Below, one piece after another: positions 47,445 through 58,560 of a DNA stretch of 64,000 nucleotides. Made by a program: the position numbers and the translations under genes. The notes under the pieces were generated by a model, which saw nothing but the letters and a program-made list of their open reading frames with translations, had not been told where the DNA came from and searched no databases. Numbering within the stretch: position 1 is the first letter of the stretch; each line of letters begins with the position of its first letter. Source of the stretch: Nemertoderma westbladi (lineage: Eukaryota; Animalia; Xenacoelomorpha); contig JAUCBJ010001930.1 in NCBI GenBank assembly GCA_032718475.1, positions 62,001 to 126,000 on the forward strand, read 5' to 3'.

Positions 47445-47969
47445 TTAGCCTACCTTAAATTTTTCTGGAATATTATAAATATCGCCTGCAGATGAAATAT
47501 GCGCGTCACCGTCACTAGTACGTAATTCCGCCTTGCTATCTCCGTAGTTCGACTGGACGTGTTCCAGTTTGTCATTAGAGGATTTCCGTTGTTTCTTTGA
47601 TTGCAGACTATCTTTACCGGTAATCTCCTCTCGTGATTCCTGTATCATTTGCTGTGTATTCGTCTTTTGCTCAACAATACCAGCGCACACATGGCCAATA
47701 TCGGGATCGGTGATTATTTTCCCGTCGGTGACTTTAATTATTGGAGCAGTAACGCCAATGTTATTATCACTTTTCCACTGTAGAAAACATCCTTTACAGC
47801 GATAGTTATGTGTTCTATTGCCGTTAATTGCAGATTTAAACTGGAATTCATAAATACGTCCAGGTGAACGGTTACTAGGATAGTGTATTCGAGGGTGTTT
47901 ACCGCTTTTGGTCATGCTACAGTAATAATCCTTGGCAAACCCGAATGCAGTCTCTTGTGCTTGTGCCAT
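47445..47969 (-). CDS. Small protein with FLYWCH/GCM-like CCHC zinc-binding module, probably MULE-derived
   Basis: YEFQF...YRCKGC...IKVTDGKI..DP..GHVC; 174-aa ORF starting with ATG. Confidence 0.5.
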   Translation of the reverse strand: MAQAQETAFGFAKDYYCSMTKSGKHPRIHYPSNRSPGRIYEFQFKSAINGNRTHNYRCKGCFLQWKSDNNIGVTAPIIKVTDGKIITDPDIGHVCAGIVEQKTNTQQMIQESREEITGKDSLQSKKQRKSSNDKLEHVQSNYGDSKAELRTSDGDAHISSAGDIYNIPEKFKVG

Positions 47970-48459
47970 TGCAGCATTTCACCACACTTTCTGGCTTTAA
48001 ACAAACACAAACCACCCTGCTTCCAGCTTCTCGCTGTCTCAGCTGGTCTCGTGTCTCGTGTTGGGGTTGGTGGTTGGCAGCTGGCGAGCTGGGCAGTGAT
48101 CAGATGATGTGCTAAAAGCACCCAAAGGAAGAATGCAGGAATGCAGAATGTATACAGGTATCAGGGTATACTGGTATAGGGTACCGGTACCTCTGTCAGT
48201 CTGTACCTCGTATATCGGTAACAGTATAGCCTATAGCATATAGCAGTAGGCCTATTCAGCTATAGCACTGTAGCAGTATAGAGGTACCGGTATAGGCCTA
48301 CCTGCTGCTGTGCTGACCTGTATGACAGTATGATGACAGTACCGGTATACATTTTTTTTTAATCGGAAATAAGCCGGGACTCAGCAGTGGGCACATCAAG
48401 CAAAATATTACAGTAACATTGCGTACTAACTAATGCATAGGCAGAGGATATTCAGATAT

Positions 48460-48830
48460 TACAATGGTCATTTTGTGAGAAATTTGGTTAATTTGGTAGT
48501 GCCAGTTACGTTTATTATCAATAATAACGCCTAAGTACTTAATTGAGGTGGATTGTTTTATTGTGTATGACTGTGTTTTAGTGTTTTTAGTTGTACGATA
48601 TATTTTCTTATGTTTGGTGTTCTGGTTTTTGGAGAAAGTAAGATAAATTCAGTCTTATCCGTGTTGATATCTAGGTTTATATCTATTTAGAAACCTATTT
48701 ATTTAGGTTTCGTTCCAGTTTGTCTACATGTTCAGATAAATTTTGTGTTGCTATTACAGGATTTGAATGAGATGCAAATATTAGAGTGTTGTCGGCATAT
48801 TCTGATATTGGATTTAGGTTAGGTCTAAAT
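48460..48830 (-). pseudogene. Decayed LINE RT C-terminal fragment
   Basis: Minus strand YADNTLIF...INTDKTEFI...IKYLGVIIDNKRNW with stops. Confidence 0.7.
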
Positions 48831-48879
48831 CAGAAAAGGCGGATATGTCATCATTCCAACTCATATTTCCACGTTTTAT

Positions 48880-49340
48880 GTGGATTTACTCCAGTTACAG
48901 TTTGTCGAATGTTACGTAAAATTGAAGGCAAATCCAGTAGACGCCTGATGGATTTCCTAGTATACTTTTTTTCGAAATTATCCCAGTCTCTGGCAGCTCC
49001 TTTAGCGGCTATATTTCAGGTATCTTTTATTTCTCATGCCCTGCCCAACATTTGGTTAACCGCTTATATTGTTTCAGTTTATAAGAAAGACGATGCTTCT
49101 AATCCGTACAATTATAGACCAATTTCATTAACTTGTATAGCCTGTAAAATAATGGAGATGTGTATTAAAGAGGAACGCATCAGCATGGCTTCTTACGTAA
49201 ACGTAAACGGTCTACATGTACTCAATTACTGGAGTGTGTAAATGAATGGTGCAATTTACTGGACAAGCATCTGAGCACTGATACTATCTATATTGATTTT
49301 GCTAAAGCGTTCGATTCCGTTGTGCATAGTAAATTACGGC
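48880..49340 (+). pseudogene. Decayed CR1-type LINE RT N-terminal fragment
   Basis: PDGF..., VYKK..NYRPISLTCIACKIME, QHGF, STCTQLL, IDFAKAFDSV with frameshifts. Confidence 0.85.
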
Positions 49341-49740
49341 TACCAATTAAAGTCATCCCAAAATTGATTAAAATTTCACTAAAAAATTATTTTACACCAA
49401 ATTAAATAATGTGACACCAAAAAAAATTATTCAACACGAAATATAATAAAGTCACCCCAAATAAAATTATTCAAACACCAAACAAATTTTTCAACACCAA
49501 AAACAATTATTCAACACCAAAACAAATTATTCAATACCAAAATAAATAAATGCTCCCCAAAACCAATAATTAGCACCAAAATAAATGACAAAACCCCCAA
49601 AATAATTACAAATTTTTCCAAAATAAATACATTTCCCCCCAAAACAAATACATTTTCCCCCAAAATAAAACTACATTTTCCCCCAAAACAAACACATTTT
49701 TGCCCAAAATAAATACATAATCCCCCAAAATAAATACTAC
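49340..49740. repeat. Degenerate ~22-bp CACCAAAATAAAT/CCCCAAAA minisatellite
   Basis: Direct reading. Confidence 0.8.
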
Positions 49741-49915
49741 TGCAGCAATAAGCCTAACACTTCGTGGAATTTAGATAAAAACTTCGAGACAGGGGTGAAA
49801 CTGGACACAAAACCCACCTTGGCAAATTAACATCCCGCCTCAATGTTAAATTCTAAATTTAGAGAAAGGAGCAGGTTACAGTGGCACGTTATTTCAACCA
49901 AAACAATAAACTAAG

Positions 49916-50126
49916 TGTAAAAGCTTTTGCGGACATAACAAGTCATTTTACGCAATGCGCAGAATACTCTAAAATAGCCCTAAAATTGTTCAACTACGCG
50001 TCAGACGGAAATTAGAACCAAGATGACGAAATCTGTCAGCTGATTCTTTGTGTACGTGGAGATTCCTTTGTTTGAGCTTATTCAGCCAATCAGAGCAATC
50101 TTTCCAGATATGCCAGTAGAGACCTA
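49916..50126 (+). mobile_element. 5' part of an older BEL-related LTR, interrupted by the IS3EU-like element
   Basis: Starts TGTAAAAGCTTTT like the 51029 LTR and shares GCGGACATAA, ATGACGA, CAGCTGAT, TTTGTTT and CCAATCAGAGC in the same order. Confidence 0.55.
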
Positions 50127-50239
50127 TATGGTGGCCCATTAGAGCCACTATATTTTATTTATTAATTTTTGCGTGAATAAAATTTCATTTAATTTAATGT
50201 AAATATTTAAATCAAGTACAATATATAAAAATACATTAA

Positions 50240-50685
50240 ATTTACTTTCACTTTTGTTTCCAATTAGTTTTACTTTCACTTTCGTTTTATTTTTAGTTTT
50301 ACTTTAACTTTCGTTTTAATTTTAGTTTTACTTTAACTTTCGTTTTAATTTTAGTTTTACTTTAACTTTCGTTTTAATTTTAGTTTTACTTTCACTTTCG
50401 TTTTAATTTTAGTTTTACTTTCACTTTCGTTTTAATTTTAGTTTTACTTTAACTTTCGTTTTAATTTTAGTTTTACTTTAACTTTCGTTTTAATTTTAGT
50501 TTTACATTCACTTTCGTTTTAATTTTAGTTTTACTTTAACTTTCGTTTTAATTTTAGTTTTACTTTAACTTTCGTTTTAATTTTAGTTTTGCTTTAACTT
50601 TCGTTTTAATTTTAGTTTTACATTCACTTTCGATTTCATATTAGTTTTACTTTAACTTTAACTTTCGTTTTAATTTCATTTTCGA
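50240..50685. repeat. 29-bp tandem array in left TIR (TTTAGTTTTACTTTAACTTTCGTTTTAAT)
   Basis: Direct reading; mirrored at 63680-64000. Confidence 0.95.
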
Positions 50686-51028
50686 TTTTTGCACACGGCC
50701 CATTACAGTCACCCTATTAGCCAAGGACTACGGCGGCCACCTTTTACCCTTACAATCAATTGCAGGCTGTGGCTCCAATAGGCCATGCAAGGCAGCCCAG
50801 TACAGCCATCGATTTTCGAAGAGAAACTTAAAACTGATTTTTGCAGGTGGCCCATGGCGGTCATTTCCCTATGATGGGACTAGGAGAGCCAGACTGACAG
50901 AGAGAATTCACAACCTAGGCCTAACTCATACACTACTGCATTTTGCTGAATTGGATTGCTGTAAGGCATTTTACTGCTTTAATTTAGATCATTGGTTTAG
51001 GTCTATTTCATTTATTCATTATGGCATG

Positions 51029-52266
51029 TGTAAAAGCTTTTACTGAATTGTCCGGTTATTTTTCCTTATTTTTCCCGTAAAGTACTCTGTAGTTGGTTTA
51101 CCAGGCATAAAAAGGCCGTGTCCTTGCTGTACTGGTGTTTTAGCGGACATAAGAGCTATTTCTTCTGTATTTGTACTTTAGAGGACATAATCCGTAATTC
51201 CGTGACGTAAAAGCTCGATACTCTTGAAAACAGTGTCGCTACCATGACGACAGCTAGCAGCTGATATTGCCACGTCGACGTTTCTTTGTTTCTCTGTTCT
51301 CTCGTTGTTCAGGTTGACCAATCAGAGCGTTTGTTGTCTTTGTGTTGGAGGTATATACAGAAACTCAGTAGTTCAGTGTTATGTTTTTTGACCAGAGCCT
51401 AAGAACCGGCTTTGGCACCTCCGTGTTTTAGTTTTTAGTCTTACACTAGTAGGTTTAATTATAAAGGGCATATATCCTTTAACCTACCTGACTCATGGAA
51501 TCACTGCTGACTGATGATCATACATGCTGACTGATGATTATACATGCTGACTGCTGAAACATTGCAAACTCATAACAATCAGTGTTTTCATTGTTGTTTT
51601 ATACTGCTATTTACCGTCAGTTCTTCATAATATGGTTGATGAATTATTATATTTGGAATAACGATAAACAACCCCGAAACCCAATGTTCTTGATATACCG
51701 AAGGTAAGAGAGAAGGGTTACAGATAAACGATTGTGACTTATGTTAAAGTGGTTTGAAGTGAATCTAATGTTATTTGATAGACCCTACATGAGCCAGTCT
51801 GTGTTCCTTTTATATGTGACTAAAATCAGTGAAGATCGGCAGATTAGTGTGCAGTATTGTGCAGCATTGTGTATGAGTGAGTCTGTTAAAGAAGCATTCC
51901 TAAAGAATGCGCCATATATGTGAATTATAATTAAGCCATATCGTTGTGAGTGGTTTAAGTCATAACTCTGTTTATATAGATAAAACGCCACGTCCTAAAG
52001 GAACTGTTAATATTCCCGAAGGTGAATAATATTGTCAGAGATTATATAATACTGTCAGTCGAATAATACATTAGGCTTACATAGCAATAAAATTAAACCG
52101 TCGAACCCAATCTCCCGGGAATTTCCAGCGGGTGAATGGTCGCGCACGGATTGGTTTCGACTAGTGTAGTGAATCAAATACTTGTCATAGACTAAAAACT
52201 GATTTAATATCTAGAAGACATCTTAATTTGGTGGGTTAAACTGCCAAAGGTCTGAAAGCGCGAACA
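51029..52266 (+). repeat. BEL 5' LTR
   Basis: TGTAAAAG...GCGAACA; matches 61701-62938. Confidence 0.96.
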
Positions 52267-52589
52267 TTAAAGGATATAGCTTCTTTATTGCAGTAAGCAA
52301 TAAAGTTGAAAGTACCGGTCAACCGGTACATCTGTAGGTCAGTAGGCCCAACTGCCAGAACCGGTACCAGTAGGCCTGACTACCTAACCACCCGGACCGG
52401 TACCTACAGCAGTACAGGTACAGCAGTATTATTCGATTTTGATTATTATATACCAGTAGGCCTTAATAATTAATCAGGGACTGCAGCCCTGATTTTTTAT
52501 TGAGATTTTACTTATTTCTGTCAAGTTTTATTTATTTGTAGGCCAGTATTGAACAGAAGGCGTGTAAGCCTGATCAGATTGTACAGACG

Positions 52590-53150
52590 ATTTGTAGGCT
52601 GAGCTGTTGTCTGATTGCTGTTAAGTCCGAACGAATTGCAGTGTGTGTAGAGCACTTGTCCGATTAAGTACGGTTAGGAAGTAGGGGCAGCCAATGCGGT
52701 AGGGTAAACCCCCAACTAAAGAATAAGTCGCACTACTGAGTTAGAGCGCATACTCCCTAATCATTTCGGAGTCTGCATGTCCTGTAGTTTATTTAGGCTT
52801 GAGAGTAGTCTGCCATCGTTTAGTCTGTACTTTGTTTGTGTAAGTCTGTACGGGTAGCGTATAATTTTATTTAAATAATTTGTAGGCTGGATAGTTGTCT
52901 GGCTGTTATTAAGTCTGAACGGATTGCCGCGTGTGTAGATCATCTGTCCGATTAAGTACGATTAGGCAGTAGGGGCAGCAACGCTGTAAGGTAAACCCCC
53001 AACTAAAGAATAAGTCGCACTACTGGGTTAGAGCGCATACTCCCTAATCATTTCGGAGTCTGCATATACCTTAGTTTGTTTAGGCTTGATAGTAGTCTGT
53101 CAGTGTTCGGTCTGTATTTTGTTTGAGTAGTTTGTACGCGTAGCGTAATA
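52590..53150 (+). repeat. Tandem ~290-bp duplication in BEL 5' leader
   Basis: TTTGTAGGCTG..GTTAGAGCGCATACTCCCTAATCATTTCGGAGTCTGCAT occurs twice. Confidence 0.85.
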
Positions 53151-54476
53151 TTTATTATTCAGAGTTTATGCGATTATTCGCAACATTCAAGTCCCCAAGT
53201 TTGTTCCTACAGTAATTGTGTTTGTTATACATACCGCTATAGTTAAATTAACCTCGGTACTACACGGGCTGCTCGGCGTAGGTAAAGACTGGTGATTTTG
53301 TGCATCGGTCACTCCAGCAGATGCCGTGGTTCTTTTAGCTGTTCAAGTATATTTAATTACTGATTATCTGTTGTACAAGTACTCGTACCTAATTTAGGGT
53401 TTAGTGTACAGTGCTTTCCGAAGTAATTATTGTAGACATTATATCTGTGTTGTAAAGCGGTTGATAGGCACATTCGATTAGCTCTACTAACTTCTAGGTA
53501 GGAACACTCCGTGATACATAACGTAGAACCTATAGCGATACGGCTATAGGTCGTCAGGCGGTGGTATTTTCCTATCTAGACAACGCAGTGTATTTACTAC
53601 TACTTATTATTTCAAATACCGTAGTACCCTGTCCGCTGTAATAATCAGTTTTCTAACCCTTTGTTAGGCTGGTTTGTAGACTTCTTGTAAAATTACCCTA
53701 AAAAATTCGTATTTTGCGTTTTTTGTAAATTTTTGCATTTATTTAGAGATTGTAATCTCAACCCGAATTGTACGTAATTTGTAGTATTAAGTAACTTAGG
53801 TAAATTAGTATTATTTGTTTTAGTGTCTCATAAGTAACACTTCATTGAAAGCGCACCGCTTTGTGTAGTGATTACCCCCAGAAATAATAACATTTATTTC
53901 AAACATTGACAAAGCCCATTAAAACGGGTATATATATATTATAAATCAAATCTAACGATTTATAAATCGTAGGCCTACCATACAACCATTAGGTCTCAAT
54001 ATCAGTTGGATTACTGCTCAAATAACGGTAATAAAGTAAGTAAAGTAACAAAGTAACCCTAAAGTAACAGAAGTTCAATTATTTGAAATAATTGATATAC
54101 CGGTATTTACGATAGGCCTATTATCTTTATTTCTATAAATCTAGGCTGAAATTATACCGGTACTTGTAATTAATTCTATTTCAGAATTATATATCCTACA
54201 AACTGTAAGCTGTATACCGGTATTCCGATAGGCCTATTATATATTTATATATATTTGTGCTAAAATTATACCGGTATTCTGTGATAAACCTAGTCTGTAA
54301 TAATACTTATATAGTTATATATACTATAAGTATACCGGTATTCTAATATATTATATATATATCACGCTACACTGAGTAGCAGTAATGGTAATTAATTACT
54401 AGGCTAGCAGTTCATACTGAGTTACTAGACTTGCTCAGACTAATACAGCAGTAGACATTCAACTGTACACATAAGC

Positions 54477-57400
54477 ATGTCTGACGCAAAGCAGAATCTG
54501 TCAGACAGTCTACTAGATACAACCGAGAGCGAAGTGACAGCAGAGAAACCGCATAAGAAGGATGCCATTGATATCTATCTGTCAGACTATCAGCGTTTTG
54601 TGGGAGATAAAGAGTTGAGGAGAAGGCTAGAGGGACTTAGCCCTAATAGTGAAGGAGCCCAGCGTGTGTTGGATGCAATTGATGTGGATAGGTTAGCGGC
54701 GAACCAAGCTAAATTCGATGAACAACTCCGCATCGCTAGAGACCAAGAAGAACAAATCAAGAAAAAACGTATAGAAGACAGAAAGACAGCGGCAGTGGCA
54801 GCAGCAGTGGCAGCGGCAGAAGCAGAAAGAAAAGCGGCAGTGGCAGCGGCAGAGGCAGAGGCAGAAGCCAAAAGAAAAGTGGCAGCGGCAGAGGCAGAGG
54901 CAGAAGCCAAAAGAAAAGTGGCAGCGGCAGAGGCAGAGGCAGAAGCCGAAAGAAAAGTGGCAGCAGCAGCGGCCGAAGCAGAAAGAAAGGCGGCTGTCGC
55001 AGCGGTCGAGGCAGTAGCAGAAGCAGAACGGAGAGCTTCCGAAGAAACCACCCAATTAGAATTGGAAAACATTCAGGAGAATCAAGACTGCATAAATAAA
55101 CAGTTAACAGCTAGTAATATGCAGATGATGAATCGATCTACTCCCAAACGACAGGGATATACATCATCTGAGGAAGGTGATACCACCGATACTGAAGGCA
55201 AAGGAAATAGATCTCGTCCAAGTAGACGTAAAAGAACATTCCACCGGCAGAAATTGCCTGATTTGCCTCCAGCTGTTAGAAGGCAACTAAATAACACCAA
55301 CTTAGGTAGTACAGAGCTCACAGACCCAATAATTAAAATAGAAAGACTCCCTACTATAGTAGATGAGCCTGAAATAATTAGGCCTGTTCTTGAAATCACC
55401 CTTTCGGTGATAGACATACCTGTGCTCCCTGAGACTACCTATAAATTCCCTCTACATAGCACTAAGCTACCTGTGCCCCGTAGAACTGCCCGAGAGACAG
55501 TTCAGGTCCTGGACCCCGAGCGAAATATTCAGAATTTGTCGCCCGTTGTCCCTTGTCTGCCCGCTACGACGTTGGCGGATCCCGTTTCGGCGGTTGATTG
55601 GGTAGACGAGAGACGGCGGGGGATGGATATTCTCCTTGGAGAGATGGAGGAGAATCGGATACGCTCCTCCCAACAGGTCCGAGAGTTGGAAGGGACTGTC
55701 CAACATTTAAAGGGAACAGTGAGGGAAAGTAGGCTAGAGTTGCAAGAAGTGCAGCAAAGTATCGCGCTTGAACGCGATAAATTAGTAAACACCCAAAAGG
55801 GTATACCACCACCCTCTGTAACAATGTGTCAACCCGTTAGGTCTGAAGTATCTCATGCGCAAGGTGTGGAGCCTACACGCATCTATACTGCTAGCGAAGT
55901 AGAAACTCCTATAGTGAACCCTATTAAGGGTAATTATAGACCTGTTTGTAATGATATTCCCTATGGAACTGATCATAATCCGAGGAATTTATATACAGAT
56001 AACTCGATATTAAATAGCACAATGGCCCAAGAAAGTTTTACGCGTCAAATGGCTAGAACCGAAGCCCGGCAAGCGGTAAAGGTGGGAGAGATCGTTAAGT
56101 TCAATGGAGATGAGATGAAATGGTTACCTTTTAATGAATATTACAAAGATAATATACAGAACTCTGTACTATCTAATGGAGAAAAACTTAGATACCTCAT
56201 CGAGTGCTTGGAAGGATCTCCCAAGTCAATGGCGTTAAAATTTATTGGACATCCAGATGGATTAAGACAAGTTTGGGATACACTAAACATCAGGTATGGT
56301 AATAGGAATGACATAGCTGGGTATTTGTATGCAAAATTAATGGCGCCCCGAAAGTTTCTTAGCAGCGGGATTATAGAGTTTTCCGATGAGACTCAGGAGA
56401 TCTGTAGACAATTAGATTGGCTAGGTAAGTCTCATGAATACCAGAATTCTATGGTTGTAAGAGCCTTAGCATCTGCTTTGCCCAAGGGTGGAGTAGGTAC
56501 ACGCTGGGATAAGAAGGTGTTATATATGATGGAACAACAACGACGAGACCCTACCATGACTGATCTCATGTCATTCTTAGATAGAGAAGTGAAATTACAG
56601 CTCCTAAGGCAGTCCAGAGAGAAGACATTGGAAAACAAGGTAAGTGAGAAACCCGTTTCTAGGAGAAGGGTAACACCAGTATGTTATACCGACGACGGTG
56701 AAAGCCAAACCTCTCAAGGAGAGGACAGCGGGAAAGACACTGACAGGCCTTATTATGTCAATAAAATGCCTAAAGAACAGGTAAGTAAATCCAAGTCTCG
56801 ACCCAATGACAGAAGGGAACCGGTACAAAAAACCCCTCCTACGTCTCCTAAAGGAATTCAGGTGAGAAAGCCCGAGGAAAGAACAAGTGTGCACCACATA
56901 GCACAGGTTAAAGTAAGTAACATCAAGCCGAAATGTGTGCTGTGCGACGGGCCCCACCATTTAAATGCGTGTGATAAATTCCTGAGGAAATCACTCGAGG
57001 ATAGACGTGAAGTCATGTGGGATAAGCGGTTGTGTTATAATTGCCTCAGACGAGGACACCAACGGCGAACCTGTAACTCCGACGCAAGGTGTGCAAAGTG
57101 CGGCGCAAATCATCATATCTTGTTGCACACGGAATTCGAACGAAACAGCCCGAGTCAGGTAAGTGAGTCCGAACTACATGTCCAATTCAGTGATGTGAAC
57201 GACACTGATCAATCTGAGATGGAAGGATTCTATACGGACGAGTTCTCCGACCAAAACGAATCCTGTTACCTAATAAACACCACCGCAGTGTATCGAGCAC
57301 TCGTACATGAGAAAGACACAGACAGCGACCTTACCTTAACTACTTCCGATCAACAACCATCTTGGAAAGCGCCAACTTCCAATATAGGAATCCGAGAGTT

Positions 57401-58073
57401 TCCTGTGGTGCAGGTAAGGGTGCACGGACCTAAACGGAGTTATGTAGTGAACGCCCTCCTGGACTCCGGCAGCACAGGAACATTCATCGATAAAGAGCTA
57501 GCCGAAGATATATTTGCTGGACAGCCCAAGTTCCAAACTAAGCTCAACATGTCAGGCATTATGCAAGTTTGGAAATCTACAATAACAGCTGATTATTATG
57601 TAGGCGCGTTGTCCACCCCACAAGACGAACTAGGAGAACACAGCATAAGGTCAGTGAAAATGGTGGCTATAAAGAACTTCGCTACTACTCAAGCAGACCT
57701 TTATAATTGGGACGAGGATGAGAGCATCCAACATCTTAACATACCTCGATTTCAGACTGATTATCCTGGAGTGCAAATACTCATCGGCCAAAACGCGCAT
57801 GAGGCGCTGGAGACATTAGAGAAACGACCTGCTCAACCGCAGCCACTACAGACCTATGCGGTAAGAACTAGAGTAGGTTGGTACCTTACTGGACCTTCCC
57901 GTAGAACGCTCAGGGAAAGACTGCTTCAAGATCGCGTCTGCCAGGTGAGTGAATGGGAAGATGATACTAGTGAGGGAGACGACCCAACTGAGGGAACACC
58001 ACACTCCTCAGATAATGACAATCTTAGCTCCAATGTAGGTAGATCAATGGAGATATTGCCCCAAGAAGTTTAA
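54477..58073 (+). CDS. BEL/Pao Gag-protease polyprotein (1198 aa)
   Basis: KFNGD..KW..F...EKLRYL..CLEG (DUF1759-like); triple knuckle CVLCDGPHHLNAC/CYNCLRRGHQRRTC/CAKCGANHHILLH; protease ALLDSGS; ILIG..AVRTRVGWYLTGP; Ala/Glu repeat. Confidence 0.93.
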   Translation: MSDAKQNLSDSLLDTTESEVTAEKPHKKDAIDIYLSDYQRFVGDKELRRRLEGLSPNSEGAQRVLDAIDVDRLAANQAKFDEQLRIARDQEEQIKKKRIEDRKTAAVAAAVAAAEAERKAAVAAAEAEAEAKRKVAAAEAEAEAKRKVAAAEAEAEAERKVAAAAAEAERKAAVAAVEAVAEAERRASEETTQLELENIQENQDCINKQLTASNMQMMNRSTPKRQGYTSSEEGDTTDTEGKGNRSRPSRRKRTFHRQKLPDLPPAVRRQLNNTNLGSTELTDPIIKIERLPTIVDEPEIIRPVLEITLSVIDIPVLPETTYKFPLHSTKLPVPRRTARETVQVLDPERNIQNLSPVVPCLPATTLADPVSAVDWVDERRRGMDILLGEMEENRIRSSQQVRELEGTVQHLKGTVRESRLELQEVQQSIALERDKLVNTQKGIPPPSVTMCQPVRSEVSHAQGVEPTRIYTASEVETPIVNPIKGNYRPVCNDIPYGTDHNPRNLYTDNSILNSTMAQESFTRQMARTEARQAVKVGEIVKFNGDEMKWLPFNEYYKDNIQNSVLSNGEKLRYLIECLEGSPKSMALKFIGHPDGLRQVWDTLNIRYGNRNDIAGYLYAKLMAPRKFLSSGIIEFSDETQEICRQLDWLGKSHEYQNSMVVRALASALPKGGVGTRWDKKVLYMMEQQRRDPTMTDLMSFLDREVKLQLLRQSREKTLENKVSEKPVSRRRVTPVCYTDDGESQTSQGEDSGKDTDRPYYVNKMPKEQVSKSKSRPNDRREPVQKTPPTSPKGIQVRKPEERTSVHHIAQVKVSNIKPKCVLCDGPHHLNACDKFLRKSLEDRREVMWDKRLCYNCLRRGHQRRTCNSDARCAKCGANHHILLHTEFERNSPSQVSESELHVQFSDVNDTDQSEMEGFYTDEFSDQNESCYLINTTAVYRALVHEKDTDSDLTLTTSDQQPSWKAPTSNIGIREFPVVQVRVHGPKRSYVVNALLDSGSTGTFIDKELAEDIFAGQPKFQTKLNMSGIMQVWKSTITADYYVGALSTPQDELGEHSIRSVKMVAIKNFATTQADLYNWDEDESIQHLNIPRFQTDYPGVQILIGQNAHEALETLEKRPAQPQPLQTYAVRTRVGWYLTGPSRRTLRERLLQDRVCQVSEWEDDTSEGDDPTEGTPHSSDNDNLSSNVGRSMEILPQEV

Positions 58074-58099
58074 TCCAACGGAAATCGCTTCCAAAGGAG

Positions 58100-58560
58100 C
58101 AACTCCTCAAGAACTGACAGATACTACAGACCGGTTAGGTGAACCCGACTTCCTGAGTAAGGAGAATGAATGGCCTCCCCATCTTACTCCGACTGAGATT
58201 AGACCAGCCAAGGGAGCGGAGAAAGTCGAACCTGAAACCCGGACGGGTGGATCGGAGTTATTTGAACCCGGGATAGATCTGTCGGTATTACATGTTGCCA
58301 GGGACGACGCCGTGGATCTGGGCCTCCCCACCGCGAGTGGACCCTTCATGAAGATCAGAGAGAGCGATTGGAGCTCTGGAACATCAGACGTCTCGCAGGG
58401 ACTCTCACCTCTCCTGCAGAGAGCGACGGACCACTATAGCTCCTGGAATCGGCTTTGTGACACCGTCATATACTTTGAGCGATGTTTCTATCGTCACTAT
58501 TCCAGGACGAAGAGGAAACCTGGAATTGTATTCAGGATGCAGCGACTCAATCACCCAGTC
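58100..58560 (+). pseudogene. Residual BEL pol fragments (end of RNase H and pre-integrase linker)
   Basis: PDFLSKENEWP and DHYSSWNRLCDTVIYF match BEL GPxFL..WP and YSSWxKLxRV motifs; RT and integrase cores absent. Confidence 0.65.

Noticed and set aside
51505-51560. Hammerhead in BEL LTR (CTGATGA twice, GAAAC downstream)
   Set aside because: No stem II or III pairing; it is a short ~21-bp tandem repeat.
51741-51991. Small ORFs duplicated at 62413-62663
   Set aside because: Duplicated only because they lie within the LTRs; no coding features.
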